Shown in pieces: positions 31,080-41,424 of a stretch of 64,000 nt of DNA. The stretch comes from an uncultured Verrucomicrobiae bacterium (GTDB lineage: Bacteria; Verrucomicrobiota; Verrucomicrobiia; Chthoniobacterales; Chthoniobacteraceae). Below the pieces are notes generated by a model. The model did no database searches. It had not been told where the DNA came from and saw only the letters and a list, made by a program, of their open reading frames with translations. A program made the translations under genes and the position numbers. The stretch covers positions 1,376,001-1,440,000 of the forward strand of contig CAWIKF010000002.1 of the NCBI GenBank assembly GCA_963836755.1. Reading direction: 5' to 3'. How positions within the stretch are numbered: the first letter of the stretch is position 1; the number at the start of each line of letters is the position of its first letter.

Positions 31080-31458
31080 AGACCCGCGGCACGCGCTCGG
31101 CAGATTTGGCGAAAAGATTGCCGCGCGTTTCTTGCGACGGCAGCGCTATAAAATTCTCTTCCGAAACTTCCGCGCGAACCGCGGCGGCGAAGTCGATCTC
31201 GTCTGCCGCGAGGGTGACGTGCTCGTGTTCGTGGAAGTAAAAACGCGAAGCAGTGAATTGTTCGGACGTCCGGCCGAGGCCGTGAATCGCGAGAAACAGG
31301 AGCTAATCTCGCGCGGTGCGCTGGCGTGGCTGCGGATGCTGGATCGCCCGGACGTCCTGTTCCGTTTCGACATCGTCGAGATCGTGATGACGAAAAATAA
31401 GCCGGCCTTCACTTTGATCCGCGACGCGTTTCAGCTCAGCGATCGCCATCTTTATTGA
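31063..31458 (+). CDS. YraN family nuclease-like protein
   Basis: GEVDLV, FVEVKTR, RFDIV; follows rnhB; TTG start inferred. Confidence 0.9.
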   Translation: MTVSAEDPRHALGRFGEKIAARFLRRQRYKILFRNFRANRGGEVDLVCREGDVLVFVEVKTRSSELFGRPAEAVNREKQELISRGALAWLRMLDRPDVLFRFDIVEIVMTKNKPAFTLIRDAFQLSDRHLY

Positions 31459-31509
31459 GCGGCTTTTGCGTTGGCAGCGCGCGCAGTTGCGCGGTAGCCT
31501 CGAGACGTC

Positions 31510-32163
31510 ATGCCGAAGAACGCGTTGCTGGTCTGGGGCGGATGGGAAGGCCACGAGCCGAAAAAATGCGCGGAACTTTTCGCCGGGTTTTTGCGCGACA
31601 GCGGTTTTGAAGTCGAGCTTTCCGATACGCTCGACGTTTATCTTGATGAAGAAAAAATGCGCGCCCTCAGCTTGATCGTGCCGATCTGGACGATGGGCTC
31701 AATCAGCACCGAACAACTACACGGGCTGATCAATGCGGTGCAAAGCGGCGTCGGCCTCGCTGGCTGGCACGGCGGCATGTGTGACTCCTTTCGCAGCGCA
31801 ACCGAATATCATTTTTTGACCGGCGGCCAATGGGTCGCGCATCCTGGCGACATCATCGACTACGGCGTGAACATCACCAATCACGCCGATCCGATCACGG
31901 CTGGAGTCAGCGATTTTACGGTCCACTCCGAGCAATATTACATGCACGTCGATCCGGCGAACGAAGTGCTCGCAACGACAACTTTTACCGGCGCGGGAGG
32001 CAGCGTGCCGTGGATCGCCGGCGCCGTCATGCCCGTGGTCTGGAAACGCAAATGGGGCGCGGGCCGCATCTTTTATTCGTCGCTCGGGCACGTCGTCAAA
32101 GACTTCGATGTGCCCGAAGTGCGCACGCTCATGCAGCGCGGGATGCTGTGGGCGAGTCGCTGA
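31510..32163 (+). CDS. ThuA-like domain protein
   Basis: [29 protein letters not shown]. Confidence 0.88.
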   Translation: MPKNALLVWGGWEGHEPKKCAELFAGFLRDSGFEVELSDTLDVYLDEEKMRALSLIVPIWTMGSISTEQLHGLINAVQSGVGLAGWHGGMCDSFRSATEYHFLTGGQWVAHPGDIIDYGVNITNHADPITAGVSDFTVHSEQYYMHVDPANEVLATTTFTGAGGSVPWIAGAVMPVVWKRKWGAGRIFYSSLGHVVKDFDVPEVRTLMQRGMLWASR

Positions 32164-32186
32164 ATCAGTGCTTTTGAAAAGCGACC

Positions 32187-32651
32187 GTGGACGGTTCCGG
32201 AAGAGTTAGTGCGGGCTTGCTCATGTTTCGCCAGCGCAGCGGCGCGTTGGAATTTTTGCTGGTTCATCCTGGAGGACCGTTCTTCGCGCGCAAAGACCTC
32301 GGCGTTTGGACGATTCCGAAAGGCGAGGCGATGCCGGAGGAAAATCTGCTCGAGCGCGCAAAGATCGAGTTCGCGGAGGAACTTGGCGTGGAGGCGGCGG
32401 GTAAATTTTTCTGGCTCGGTTCAATCAAGCAAAAAGGCGGGAAGACCGTGCATTCATGGGCCTTCGCGGGCGATTTCGCGGGCCCGCCGCGCAGCAATAC
32501 CTTCGAGATGGAATGGCCGCCACGGTCCGGTCGTCGTCAAATTTTTCCCGAGATCGATCGCGCTGAATTTTTCCCGCTCGATGTTGCGTGCGAAAAAATC
32601 AATCCGGCGCAACGGCCGTTCCTCGACCGTGTGGTCGAGCACCTCGCGTAG
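32187..32651 (+). CDS. NUDIX hydrolase
   Basis: LVHPGGP, WTIPKGE...AKIEFAEELG. Confidence 0.88.
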   Translation: MDGSGRVSAGLLMFRQRSGALEFLLVHPGGPFFARKDLGVWTIPKGEAMPEENLLERAKIEFAEELGVEAAGKFFWLGSIKQKGGKTVHSWAFAGDFAGPPRSNTFEMEWPPRSGRRQIFPEIDRAEFFPLDVACEKINPAQRPFLDRVVEHLA

Positions 32652-32701
32652 TCGCATCGTCACTTGCACGCCGCGAAATTGTTTGCTTCTATCTGCGCCT
32701 T

Positions 32702-33862
32702 ATGTCTACCGAAGCCGCCGTCGCTACGCCATACTCGCGCAAAAATCCATTCCCGGCGCCGATGGCCGTCAATCGCCGGCTCACGGGCGACGGCTCGGAA
32801 AAAGATACGCGGCATTTTGAACTTTCACTTGCCGGTTCTGGCGTGAAATACGAGGTCGGTGATTCGCTCGGCGTCTTCGCGAAAAACGATCCCCAGCTGG
32901 TCGATGAAATCATCCACGCCCTCCACGCGAGCGGCGATGAAATCGTCGCCGGATGCGATGGCGGGCAAAAGCCGCTGCGCGAGGCGCTGATCACCGATTA
33001 CCAAATCACGCAGCCGTCGAAGCAATTCATCCAGCACCTCGCGGAGCAGGGCGGCGAGGCCACCCCGCTGCTGCGCGAGCTGATGGATCCGATCCGCAAA
33101 GGCGATCTCGAGGAATATTTGTGGGGCATGGAATACATCGACTTTCTCGTCGATCATCCGTCGATTCATTTCACTCCGGAAACTTTTGTAAAACTTTTGC
33201 GCAAACTCCAACCGCGCCTTTACTCCATCGCCTCCAGTCAGAAAGTGCATGACGAAGCAGTGCATTTGACCATCGCTGTGGTGCGCTACGAATCGCACGG
33301 CCGCGCGCGCAAAGGCGTCGCCTCGACCTACCTCGCGGAGCGCGTCGGAGATCAGGATCGCGTATCAGTTTTCGTGCACACCGCAAAAGGTTTTCGTCCG
33401 CCGGAAGATGGCAACACGCCGATCATCATGATCGGGCCGGGCACTGGCATCGCGCCGTTCCGCGCTTATTTGCAGGAGCGAAAGGCGACGGGCGCGGCTG
33501 GAAAAAATTGGCTTTTCTTCGGCGAGCAGCGCGAGAAAAGCGATTTTCTTTACCGCGACGAATTTCAGCAGTTGCAGGCCGACGGTGTGCTCACCCGGTT
33601 CGACACCGCATTCTCACGCGACCAGCCGCACAAAGTTTACGTGCAGAATCGAATGCTGGAAAATGCCGCGGAAATCTGGAAATGGATTGATGCTGAAGGC
33701 GCGCAGATCTTTGTGTGCGGCGACGCGATGCGCATGGCGAAAGACGTGGACGCCGCGCTGCATAAAATCATCGCGACCGAGGGCGGCAAAAATCCCGAGG
33801 AAGCGGCGCAATATGTCGAGGAATTGAAAAAGGCGAAGCGCTACAAGCGCGACGTTTACTAA
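32702..33862 (+). CDS. Sulfite reductase flavoprotein-like protein (FAD/NADPH module only)
   Basis: PRLYSIASS, GPGTGIAPF, AFSRDQ, KRYKRDVY; no flavodoxin domain. Confidence 0.88.
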   Translation: MSTEAAVATPYSRKNPFPAPMAVNRRLTGDGSEKDTRHFELSLAGSGVKYEVGDSLGVFAKNDPQLVDEIIHALHASGDEIVAGCDGGQKPLREALITDYQITQPSKQFIQHLAEQGGEATPLLRELMDPIRKGDLEEYLWGMEYIDFLVDHPSIHFTPETFVKLLRKLQPRLYSIASSQKVHDEAVHLTIAVVRYESHGRARKGVASTYLAERVGDQDRVSVFVHTAKGFRPPEDGNTPIIMIGPGTGIAPFRAYLQERKATGAAGKNWLFFGEQREKSDFLYRDEFQQLQADGVLTRFDTAFSRDQPHKVYVQNRMLENAAEIWKWIDAEGAQIFVCGDAMRMAKDVDAALHKIIATEGGKNPEEAAQYVEELKKAKRYKRDVY

Positions 33863-35901
33863 AAAAGCGACGGCTGCTCGCTCGGCGCTGGCGCGATAAA
33901 TGCCGCGAACTTTTTCACGAGGTCGTTCAATTTGGCGACGTAGTATTCGACGTTTTCATCGCGCGCGTCCGCGCTCCACGCGCTCGCGAGCTTCGCGTTT
34001 TCGTAGGCCGAGACATTTTTTTTCGTCCCGGTGATGTAGTAGCTGACTTGATCGCCGGGCTGATAGCGATGCGTGCTGGCGAGCGCCAGCTCATAGGCGG
34101 CGGCGCGATTGCGGGAACTGCCGGTGATTTTTTTTTGATATTGCACCAGCGAATCCTGGAGCGTGTCCGTCTTCATCAGCCAGTCGATCGTCCATGCGCG
34201 GCTGCGAATTTTGTTCTCAAAATCAGCATGTAACTTTGCCACGTCGGCGGCTTTTTCCTGCATCAGCAAACGAATCATTTGCTCGAGAAAAACGCGCTGA
34301 AATTTTTCGAGTCCACGCGATTTCAATGCTCCTCCGCGCAGCGTCATTTCCCCATCGCCCGCCAGCAGCGCATAATTTTTCGCCTTGTAGGAAAACATTG
34401 CTTCGTAGCGCTCATCGAATTCGATTTCGATTCCACTCGGCAAAATTTCTTCGAGCCCGCGCTGCAAAACTTCCAGTGCATTTTCGCCATTCGGCGGAAC
34501 GAAATAAATGCCGTCAGTGTCGATCTCGATGACTTGTGCCCCGAGCTCCTGCAAGCGCGCAACCATCTGTTTAAGCAGGTCGCGACCCGTTTGTGTGACG
34601 CGGGCGGCGGCTTCAAAATCGGCGAAATGCGCCTGCGCGAAACCGAGATAGCCGTAAAAGGAATTGATCAGGATTTTAAACGTTGTTTGCAGCGCGTTGA
34701 AACCGGCGCGCTCGTTGTTGCCGCTCGCGTTGCGCATGGCTGTTTTCGCCTCGAGCCGAAATTTCCGAAGATCGGTGAGCAGGCCGCGAAAAATTTGCAG
34801 CCGATCCTGCGCGGGAAAACAATCAAAGCGGAGCATCACGCTCGGGTAAAGCGAAGCGACGTCGCAGTGCCAGACGTTGCGCGCGACGCCGGTGAAAAAA
34901 ATGTCCGTGTAGCCGCCTTCAAATGCACGCGCTTCGGGCAAATCGGGAATGGAATGTTCGCGTCGGAAGTATTCGCGCAGCAGCAGCGCATCGATCTTCG
35001 TCGCGTTTCCGCGCACGACGACGTCCTGGTAATTGTAGGGAAAAATTTTTGCCTGCACGAAATAGCTGGCGCCCAGCATTGAAGCCAGTTCGCGCGTCTG
35101 CGCCGCTGCGCCTTTGCCTGCGCAATGGCAATGCGCGGCGACATCGGTGAGCTCAAAACTTTCCAGCGCGCGCGCGCTCACGTCGTAAAATTGCGCGAGC
35201 AAAAACGTGTCGACGAAATGCCGGCCGTGCACTTCGAACTTCGGGTAATTGATGGTTTTTTCCGCGATCTGTAGTCGAGACGCGCGGCTCGTGAGCAGGC
35301 TTCCATCGCGTCCCCACGAAAGTTTTACTTTTGCATTTTTCGCGCGCGCGACCAGCGACGGAAGAATTTTTTTGAAAAGGTCGTGACCCTCGATGACATC
35401 CGGGTCGTGCTCGCGGATCAAGGTGCAGAGCCGTGCCGCGGCATTGTGCTCAATGACTTCTTCAAAACCGGAGCCGTCGGCGACGATGAGCGTGCCGCCT
35501 TCAATGGCGAGTTGCATACGCCTGAGTTCGGCAAATTCCATTCCCTTGAAAAGCGTCATTCCGCTCGCGAGCAAAAATTGCTGAATCGGATCGCTCAGCG
35601 CAAAAGTTTTGACGCCACCGCCTTTGAAACCGATGCGCAGTTTTGTAAAGGCGCCCCAGCTTTCGCATTCGATGAGGTATCGCAGCGGCAGATCGCCGCT
35701 GAGCTGTCGCGTGGTGACGCCCGGCGCTTCGACTGGAGAATTGGCCCACACGAATGGGCGCAAAGTTTCGCGACGCGTCGCGGTCGTCGCATCCGAGGAG
35801 CGGATCAGCAGATCGATGCCGCTTTCGCCATCGAATTCCGCGGCGATGATTCGCTCGGTGGGATCATGGCCGAAGAGCGTTTTGTTTTCCTCGAATGCCA
35901 T
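33859..35901 (-). CDS. Family B DNA polymerase
   Basis: DVASLYPS, KILINSFYGYLG, DTDG. Confidence 0.92.
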   Translation of the reverse strand: MAFEENKTLFGHDPTERIIAAEFDGESGIDLLIRSSDATTATRRETLRPFVWANSPVEAPGVTTRQLSGDLPLRYLIECESWGAFTKLRIGFKGGGVKTFALSDPIQQFLLASGMTLFKGMEFAELRRMQLAIEGGTLIVADGSGFEEVIEHNAAARLCTLIREHDPDVIEGHDLFKKILPSLVARAKNAKVKLSWGRDGSLLTSRASRLQIAEKTINYPKFEVHGRHFVDTFLLAQFYDVSARALESFELTDVAAHCHCAGKGAAAQTRELASMLGASYFVQAKIFPYNYQDVVVRGNATKIDALLLREYFRREHSIPDLPEARAFEGGYTDIFFTGVARNVWHCDVASLYPSVMLRFDCFPAQDRLQIFRGLLTDLRKFRLEAKTAMRNASGNNERAGFNALQTTFKILINSFYGYLGFAQAHFADFEAAARVTQTGRDLLKQMVARLQELGAQVIEIDTDGIYFVPPNGENALEVLQRGLEEILPSGIEIEFDERYEAMFSYKAKNYALLAGDGEMTLRGGALKSRGLEKFQRVFLEQMIRLLMQEKAADVAKLHADFENKIRSRAWTIDWLMKTDTLQDSLVQYQKKITGSSRNRAAAYELALASTHRYQPGDQVSYYITGTKKNVSAYENAKLASAWSADARDENVEYYVAKLNDLVKKFAAFIAPAPSEQPSLF

Positions 35902-35998
35902 CGCGCAGAATATCGAATGAGGCCGCACGGCTGACTAGGGGAAATGCGCGCAAAGATTTCACGCGCAGCCCAAGACTCAGCGGCGATTTAAACACTGT

Positions 35999-36160
35999 AT
36001 GAAAAAACTAATGAAACTGACAGCAGGGTTGATTCTTCTGGCTGGCGTGAGTGCGTGCAGCAATTCGCCGCAGCAGACGACGTCGCCCAGCGGTTCAAAT
36101 TCCACGACGCATGGCACGGCGAAAAGTGGAATGCCAAGCGGCCCGAACAGCGGGATGTAG
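35999..36160 (+). CDS. 53-aa lipoprotein (absent from ORF track)
   Basis: MKKLMKLTAGLILLAGVSA-C lipobox then S/T/G-rich tail. Confidence 0.7.
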   Translation: MKKLMKLTAGLILLAGVSACSNSPQQTTSPSGSNSTTHGTAKSGMPSGPNSGM

Positions 36161-36258
36161 CATATCGAGGCAGGCGCGCCTCAGCCGGAATTGCGTTCTC
36201 CCCCGACGATTCCGGTTTTCCCGCAGACGGATGTCTGCGACCCGTCGAACAATTTGCA

Positions 36259-36300
36259 AAAAAAAGCGGCGTCCCGTGAAAGGACGCCGCTTTGATTTTT
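36259..36300. terminator. Bidirectional intrinsic terminator
   Basis: A run, aaagcggcgtcc...ggacgccgcttt, T run; between convergent genes. Confidence 0.85.
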
Positions 36301-36308
36301 AATCGTAA

Positions 36309-36830
36309 TTACTCGCCAGCGCCTTCCGCTTTTTCGGAAGATTCGGAGGCTTCAGCTTTTGATTTTTTCGCGCGCGGCTTCTTCTCCTTTGCCGCGGCTT
36401 CCGCGGCGGCAGGTGCCTTGCGGGACTTTGCCTTCGAAGGTTTTTCTTCGATCGCTGGCTCGTCGGCAGCGGGCGCGTCTACCCATTCAATGAAGGCCAT
36501 CGGCGCGGCATCGCTCTTGCGAAAACCGAGCTTGACGATGCGCGTGTAACCGCCCTGGCGCGAGGCAGAGCGGGGCGCGACTTCTGCGAAAAGTTTCTTC
36601 ACGGCGCCTTCGTTGTGCATGAGGTAGGAAAGCGCGGTGCGGCGCGCGTGCAGCGTATTTTTTTTGCCGAGCGTAATCATTCGCTCCGCAAGCGGGCGCA
36701 CGGCCTTGGCTTTCGCGAGTGTGGTTTTGATGCGGTTGTGCTCGATCAAGCTCACGATTTGATTCGCGAGCAGCGCGTCGCGATGCGATTGCGAGCGGCC
36801 GAGTTTGACGGTTTTATTTTGATGTCGCAT
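36309..36830 (-). CDS. rplQ: 50S ribosomal protein L17
   Basis: MRHQ, IKTTLAKAK, GGYTRIVK. Confidence 0.97.
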   Translation of the reverse strand: MRHQNKTVKLGRSQSHRDALLANQIVSLIEHNRIKTTLAKAKAVRPLAERMITLGKKNTLHARRTALSYLMHNEGAVKKLFAEVAPRSASRQGGYTRIVKLGFRKSDAAPMAFIEWVDAPAADEPAIEEKPSKAKSRKAPAAAEAAAKEKKPRAKKSKAEASESSEKAEGAGE

Positions 36831-36848
36831 GGACGGCGGGTCTCTCGA

Positions 36849-37868
36849 TCACTCGGCGGCAACGACCGGCTGCGCATCGCTGTTTTCAATGATGCTGCCG
36901 TCAAATTTCATCCCGAGCGATAGGTTGAGCGCGGTGAGTTTGTCTTTGATTTCGTTCAGCGATTTCTTGCCGAAGTTGCGATACTTCAACATTTCCGCCT
37001 CGGACTTTTGCGCGAGCTGGCCGACGGTTGTGATGTTTGCGTTGTTTAAACAGTTTGCTGCACGAACACTGAGCTCGATTTCGTTGACGCTCATCGCAAG
37101 CAATTTTTTGAGCTTCTGGTTTTCCTGGCTTTGTGCCTGCGGCGTTTCGTCAAACTGCACCGCGTTTTCATCGTAGCCGTAGAAGGGCTCGAAGTGCCGC
37201 TTCAAAATCGACGACGCCTGCACGAGTGCGTCCTGCGGCGTGATGCGGCCATCGGTCCAGATCTCGATTTCGAGCTTGTCGTAATCGGTGCGCTGGCCGA
37301 CGCGCGTGTTGCCGACGGCATATTTCACGCGAGTCACTGGTGAAAAAATCGAGTCGATCGGGATGACGCCGATCGGCTGGTCAGCGTGTTTGTTTTCATC
37401 GCCGGTGGCAAAGCCGCGACCGACGCGGACTTCGAGCTCGGCCTCAAATTTCGTCTTTTTGTCGAGCGTGCAGATGAGCTGGTCTTTGTTTAACACTTCG
37501 CAACCGGTCACTTCCTTGATATCGCCGGCGGTGACTTCACCTTCCTTGTTCACGTTGATGGAGAGTGTGCGCGGCTCGTGATCGTGCGTGGTGAATTTGA
37601 TTTTTTTCAAGTTCAACACGATGTCGGTCACGTCTTCGACGACGTGAGGGAGCGTGGCGAACTCGTGCTGCGCGCCATTGATGCGGACCGATGTGATCGA
37701 TGCGCCCTCGAGCGAGCTGAGTAGAACGCGGCGGAGTGAGTTGCCGACGGTGTGACCGTAACCGGCCTCGAAAGGCTCGGCAATGAACCGAGCGTAATTA
37801 TCTGTGGCCGACTTCTCCTCTTTGACGAGATTTTTCGGGATTTCGAAACGACCTAAACGAACTGGCAT
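36849..37868 (-). CDS. rpoA: RNA polymerase alpha subunit
   Basis: GNSLRRVLLSS, ELSVRAANCL, NFGKKSLNEI. Confidence 0.98.
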   Translation of the reverse strand: MPVRLGRFEIPKNLVKEEKSATDNYARFIAEPFEAGYGHTVGNSLRRVLLSSLEGASITSVRINGAQHEFATLPHVVEDVTDIVLNLKKIKFTTHDHEPRTLSINVNKEGEVTAGDIKEVTGCEVLNKDQLICTLDKKTKFEAELEVRVGRGFATGDENKHADQPIGVIPIDSIFSPVTRVKYAVGNTRVGQRTDYDKLEIEIWTDGRITPQDALVQASSILKRHFEPFYGYDENAVQFDETPQAQSQENQKLKKLLAMSVNEIELSVRAANCLNNANITTVGQLAQKSEAEMLKYRNFGKKSLNEIKDKLTALNLSLGMKFDGSIIENSDAQPVVAAE

Positions 37869-38011
37869 GATGTGCTTTCTTTTTTCGCCGGGTTTCCCTT
37901 GACGCGTGCGGCGGCGACAGGAATCGCCAGCCCAAGGACCTACGGCGCTTTCAATTTTCGCGCTTGGGAGGGGAGAGCAAAGCGCGGGATCGCCTCGCTG
38001 TCCAGACTTTT

Positions 38012-39706
38012 TTACATCCTGAACAGCGCGCCCATCTTTTTCCCAATGATGCGGCTCGCGGCGAGAATCGTAAGCGCGAGGAAAACCATCGCCCAGACGC
38101 CGAGCGCGGAGGCGATGTAGCGGCCTTCGCCGAGCAGTTGGAAAAGTTCGTAGATCGCTTTCGTGATTGGGAAATTTGCGGACTTTTGCGCGAGGATCAG
38201 TGAGTCGGAAACTTCGAGCATCGCGAACGAAAATGCGAGCAGGCCGCCCGCGATGAGGTTGGCAGTGATCAGCGGCAGCGTGATTTTTTGCAACGTCCGC
38301 AGCGGCGACGCGCCGAGATTTTGCGCAGCCTCCTCGAGCGTCACGCTCGTCTGCTGCAGCCCCGCCGCCGATGCGCGGACGGTGTAAGGCAGCCGCCGCA
38401 CGGCATAGGCGATGATGAGCAGCGCCGTCGGGTTGTTGCGCGGATCGAGGAATGCAAAGGCTTTTCCTTCCTGGGTCATCGCGAGATAGCCGAACGCCAG
38501 CACCACGCCTGGCACCGCCAGCGGCAGCATCGTCAGCGCGTCGAGCGCCGCGCGGCCAGCGAGCCGAGTGCGCACGAGCACGTAAGCGATGGCGACACCG
38601 AACACGATGTCGAACACCGCCGATGCGCTCGCGTATTTCAAACTGTTGATGATCGAAGGCACTGCGAGGTCGTGGCTGAGGGCATTTTTATAATGCGCGA
38701 GCGTCCAGCTTTCCGGCAGCACGGCACCATACCAGTCGCCCGCGAATGAGGTCAGCACCACGCCGACATGCGGCAGCAGCGCGAGCACGACGACGCCCGC
38801 AAAGGCGCACCAGCAAAGGACCGCGCGCCATCCGTGCAAGTGCGTGACCACTCGCGCTTTTCCGGCTTTCACGATCATCGCCGGCGTTTCGCGGCCGAAG
38901 GCCAGCTTGCTCCCGAGATAAAACAGCGCGGTCGTCACGAGCGTCACGACCACCAGCGCGTAGGGCAGCGGATTGCCGCTGATTTCTTTGATGCCATAAA
39001 AAATCTGCACCGGCGTGACCCGCGTGTAATCGAACATGAGCGGGACGCCGAGCTCCGTGAAAGCCCAGATGAAAACGATCGTGCCGCCCGCGAACAGCCC
39101 GGGCATGATCAACGGGAGTGTGATTTTGTAGAACTTCCAAAAACCGGTGCAGCCAAGGTTTTCGGCCGCTTCCTCCATCGCCGGATCGATGTTGCCGAGC
39201 GCCGCGACAAGGTTCAAATAAAGCACCGGATAAAGGTGAAGCGCATTGAGCGCGACGATTCCCCAGAAGCGCCCGCGGCCAAGCCAGTCGATCGCCACCG
39301 ACGGGTCGAGCAGGCCGAGATGATGCAGCACCGCGTTAAGCGCGCCCATTTGTCCGAGGATGTGCCGCACGCCGATCGCGCCGACAAATGGTGGCAAAAT
39401 CATTGGAACCAGCAGCAACGTCGCGAAAACTTTTTTGCCAAAAAACTCAAACCGATCCGCCAGCCACGCCAGCGGCAGCGCAAGCGCGAGAGCCGCCAGC
39501 GTGCTCGCCACCGCGAGCAGCAGCGCATTTCTCAAGCCCTCGAGATAAACGTGATTGCGAAAAACCTCCGCGAAATAAATCAGCGTCGGCTTTCCATTCG
39601 CATCGATGAGCGCGCCGCGCACTGTCTCGCAAATCGGCCAGACGAGGAAGCATCCGAGAAAAGCGGCAGCCAGCAGCCAGACGAGCAGCGCGAGACGACG
39701 AGGCAT
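38012..39706 (-). CDS. Iron(III)/thiamine-type ABC transporter permease
   Basis: Two EAA loops (EEAAENLG, EEAAQNLG), many TM segments. Confidence 0.9.
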   Translation of the reverse strand: MPRRLALLVWLLAAAFLGCFLVWPICETVRGALIDANGKPTLIYFAEVFRNHVYLEGLRNALLLAVASTLAALALALPLAWLADRFEFFGKKVFATLLLVPMILPPFVGAIGVRHILGQMGALNAVLHHLGLLDPSVAIDWLGRGRFWGIVALNALHLYPVLYLNLVAALGNIDPAMEEAAENLGCTGFWKFYKITLPLIMPGLFAGGTIVFIWAFTELGVPLMFDYTRVTPVQIFYGIKEISGNPLPYALVVVTLVTTALFYLGSKLAFGRETPAMIVKAGKARVVTHLHGWRAVLCWCAFAGVVVLALLPHVGVVLTSFAGDWYGAVLPESWTLAHYKNALSHDLAVPSIINSLKYASASAVFDIVFGVAIAYVLVRTRLAGRAALDALTMLPLAVPGVVLAFGYLAMTQEGKAFAFLDPRNNPTALLIIAYAVRRLPYTVRASAAGLQQTSVTLEEAAQNLGASPLRTLQKITLPLITANLIAGGLLAFSFAMLEVSDSLILAQKSANFPITKAIYELFQLLGEGRYIASALGVWAMVFLALTILAASRIIGKKMGALFRM

Positions 39707-39771
39707 GCGGCGTCATATCAATCCGGCCGCCGGATGGCCAGCCCACAGCCCCACTATTTTTCGGAAAAAAG

Positions 39772-39844
39772 TGGAGGTAAGGGGATTCGAACCCCTGGCC
39801 TCTTCATTGCGAACGAAGCGCTCTACCAACTGAGCTATACCCCC
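39772..39844 (-). tRNA. tRNA-Ala (anticodon CGC), CCA not encoded
   Basis: GGGGGTA/TACCTCC acceptor with G3:U70; cttcg-ttCGCaa-tgaag; GGTTCGAATCC. Confidence 0.96.
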
Positions 39845-40038
39845 TTTTGATCGGGCTGCCGGATGAGTTTTGGCGTCGCGCCCACAACCATCGAACAGCG
39901 CTTATTATGCGTGGGCAAAACGCGAGGGCAAATAGAAAAACGGTTCTACGGAAAAATCGCGATTGTCCGCGCGATATTCCGATTTTCAAAATTCGTTTCG
40001 GAAGTTAACGTCGCCGCTGCTCGATTCGAATCAAACTT

Positions 40039-41424
40039 ATGTCCTCCCAAAATCCCCCCGAAACTTCCTCCGTCTTCTTTGTTCTTTTTGCCACATGCGT
40101 CACCGCGATTGGCGGATTTTTATTTGGCTACGACACGGCCGTCATCAATGGAGCGAACTCTTTTTTGAAGGCGCACATGCACCTCAATTCCACACAGGAA
40201 GGGCTCGCGGGCGCGAGCGCGATCCTGGGCTGCATCCCGGGCGCAATGTTCGCCGGCTTTCTCAGCGATCAATTCGGCCGCAAGCGAATGCTTTTTCTCT
40301 GCGCATTTCTTTACGCAATTTCCGGGATATTTTCCGCGCTCGCGGTGACCTTTGATCAATTCCTCGTCGCGCGCATCATCAGCGGCCTCGGCATCGGCGC
40401 GTCGTCGATGATCTGCCCGGTCTACATCGCGGAGATCGCGCCGGAAAAATGGCGCGGTCGACTCGGGACGCTGTTTCAGCTCGGCATCGTGACCGGAATT
40501 TTTCTCACGCTTTTCATCAACAAAGTCATCCAGAACTCCGGCGATGACGCATGGAATATCGCCGTCGGTTGGCGCTGGATGCTCGGGATGGAAGTGTTGC
40601 CCGCGGTCATTTTCATCCTCCTGCTTTTCGCGGTGCCGGAAAGTCCGCGCTGGCTCGCGCAAAAAGGTCGCGAGGAGGAGGCGCGCTCGATTTTGGAAAA
40701 AGTGGATGGACCCGCGCACGCCGAGGTCGAGATGAATGCGATCCGCGAAGCGTCGCTCCGCGAGGAAGGCCGATTTTCCGAGCTTTTCACGGGCAACTTT
40801 TTCCGACCGCTCGTCCTCGCCGTGCTGCTCATGGCCTTCTCCCAATTCTGCGGCATCAACGCGATCGTGTATTACTCGACGAAAATTTTCGCGGCGGCTG
40901 GCGGCAGCACGAACTCCGCCTTCAACTCCTCCGTCTGGGTCGGGCTCATCAATCTTCTTTTCACTTTTGTCGCCATCGGTTTCGTCGATAAAGCCGGCCG
41001 GCGTCCGCTGCTGCTGATCGGCACGGCCGTGCAAACGATCGCGCTCGGTCTCGTCGGCTGGATGTTTCACACCGGCACAAGCGGTCTGCCGCTGCTGCTC
41101 GGCGTCGTGCTTTTCATCGCCGCATTTGCAATGGCGATGGGCCCGATTGGCTGGCTGTTTTGCTCGGAAGTTTTTCCGAATAAAGTGCGTGGTCGCGCGA
41201 TGTCCATCGCGGCGTTTGCGATTTGGGTTTCCTGTTACATCGTCGCGCAAACCTTCCCGATGTTGAACGACAGCCCATCGATCGGCCCCGCGATGACCTT
41301 CTGGATTTACGGCGCCGTCAGCTTGCTCTCGTTTCTTTTCGTCCTCTCGGCAATTCCGGAAACGAAAGGCCGGACGCTTGAGGAAATCGAGCAAATGTGG
41401 AACGAAAAAGCGCGGCGCGCGTGA
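40039..41424 (+). CDS. Sugar porter family MFS transporter
   Basis: GFLFGYDTAVING, PESPRWL, PETKGRTLEEI. Confidence 0.95.
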   Translation: MSSQNPPETSSVFFVLFATCVTAIGGFLFGYDTAVINGANSFLKAHMHLNSTQEGLAGASAILGCIPGAMFAGFLSDQFGRKRMLFLCAFLYAISGIFSALAVTFDQFLVARIISGLGIGASSMICPVYIAEIAPEKWRGRLGTLFQLGIVTGIFLTLFINKVIQNSGDDAWNIAVGWRWMLGMEVLPAVIFILLLFAVPESPRWLAQKGREEEARSILEKVDGPAHAEVEMNAIREASLREEGRFSELFTGNFFRPLVLAVLLMAFSQFCGINAIVYYSTKIFAAAGGSTNSAFNSSVWVGLINLLFTFVAIGFVDKAGRRPLLLIGTAVQTIALGLVGWMFHTGTSGLPLLLGVVLFIAAFAMAMGPIGWLFCSEVFPNKVRGRAMSIAAFAIWVSCYIVAQTFPMLNDSPSIGPAMTFWIYGAVSLLSFLFVLSAIPETKGRTLEEIEQMWNEKARRA

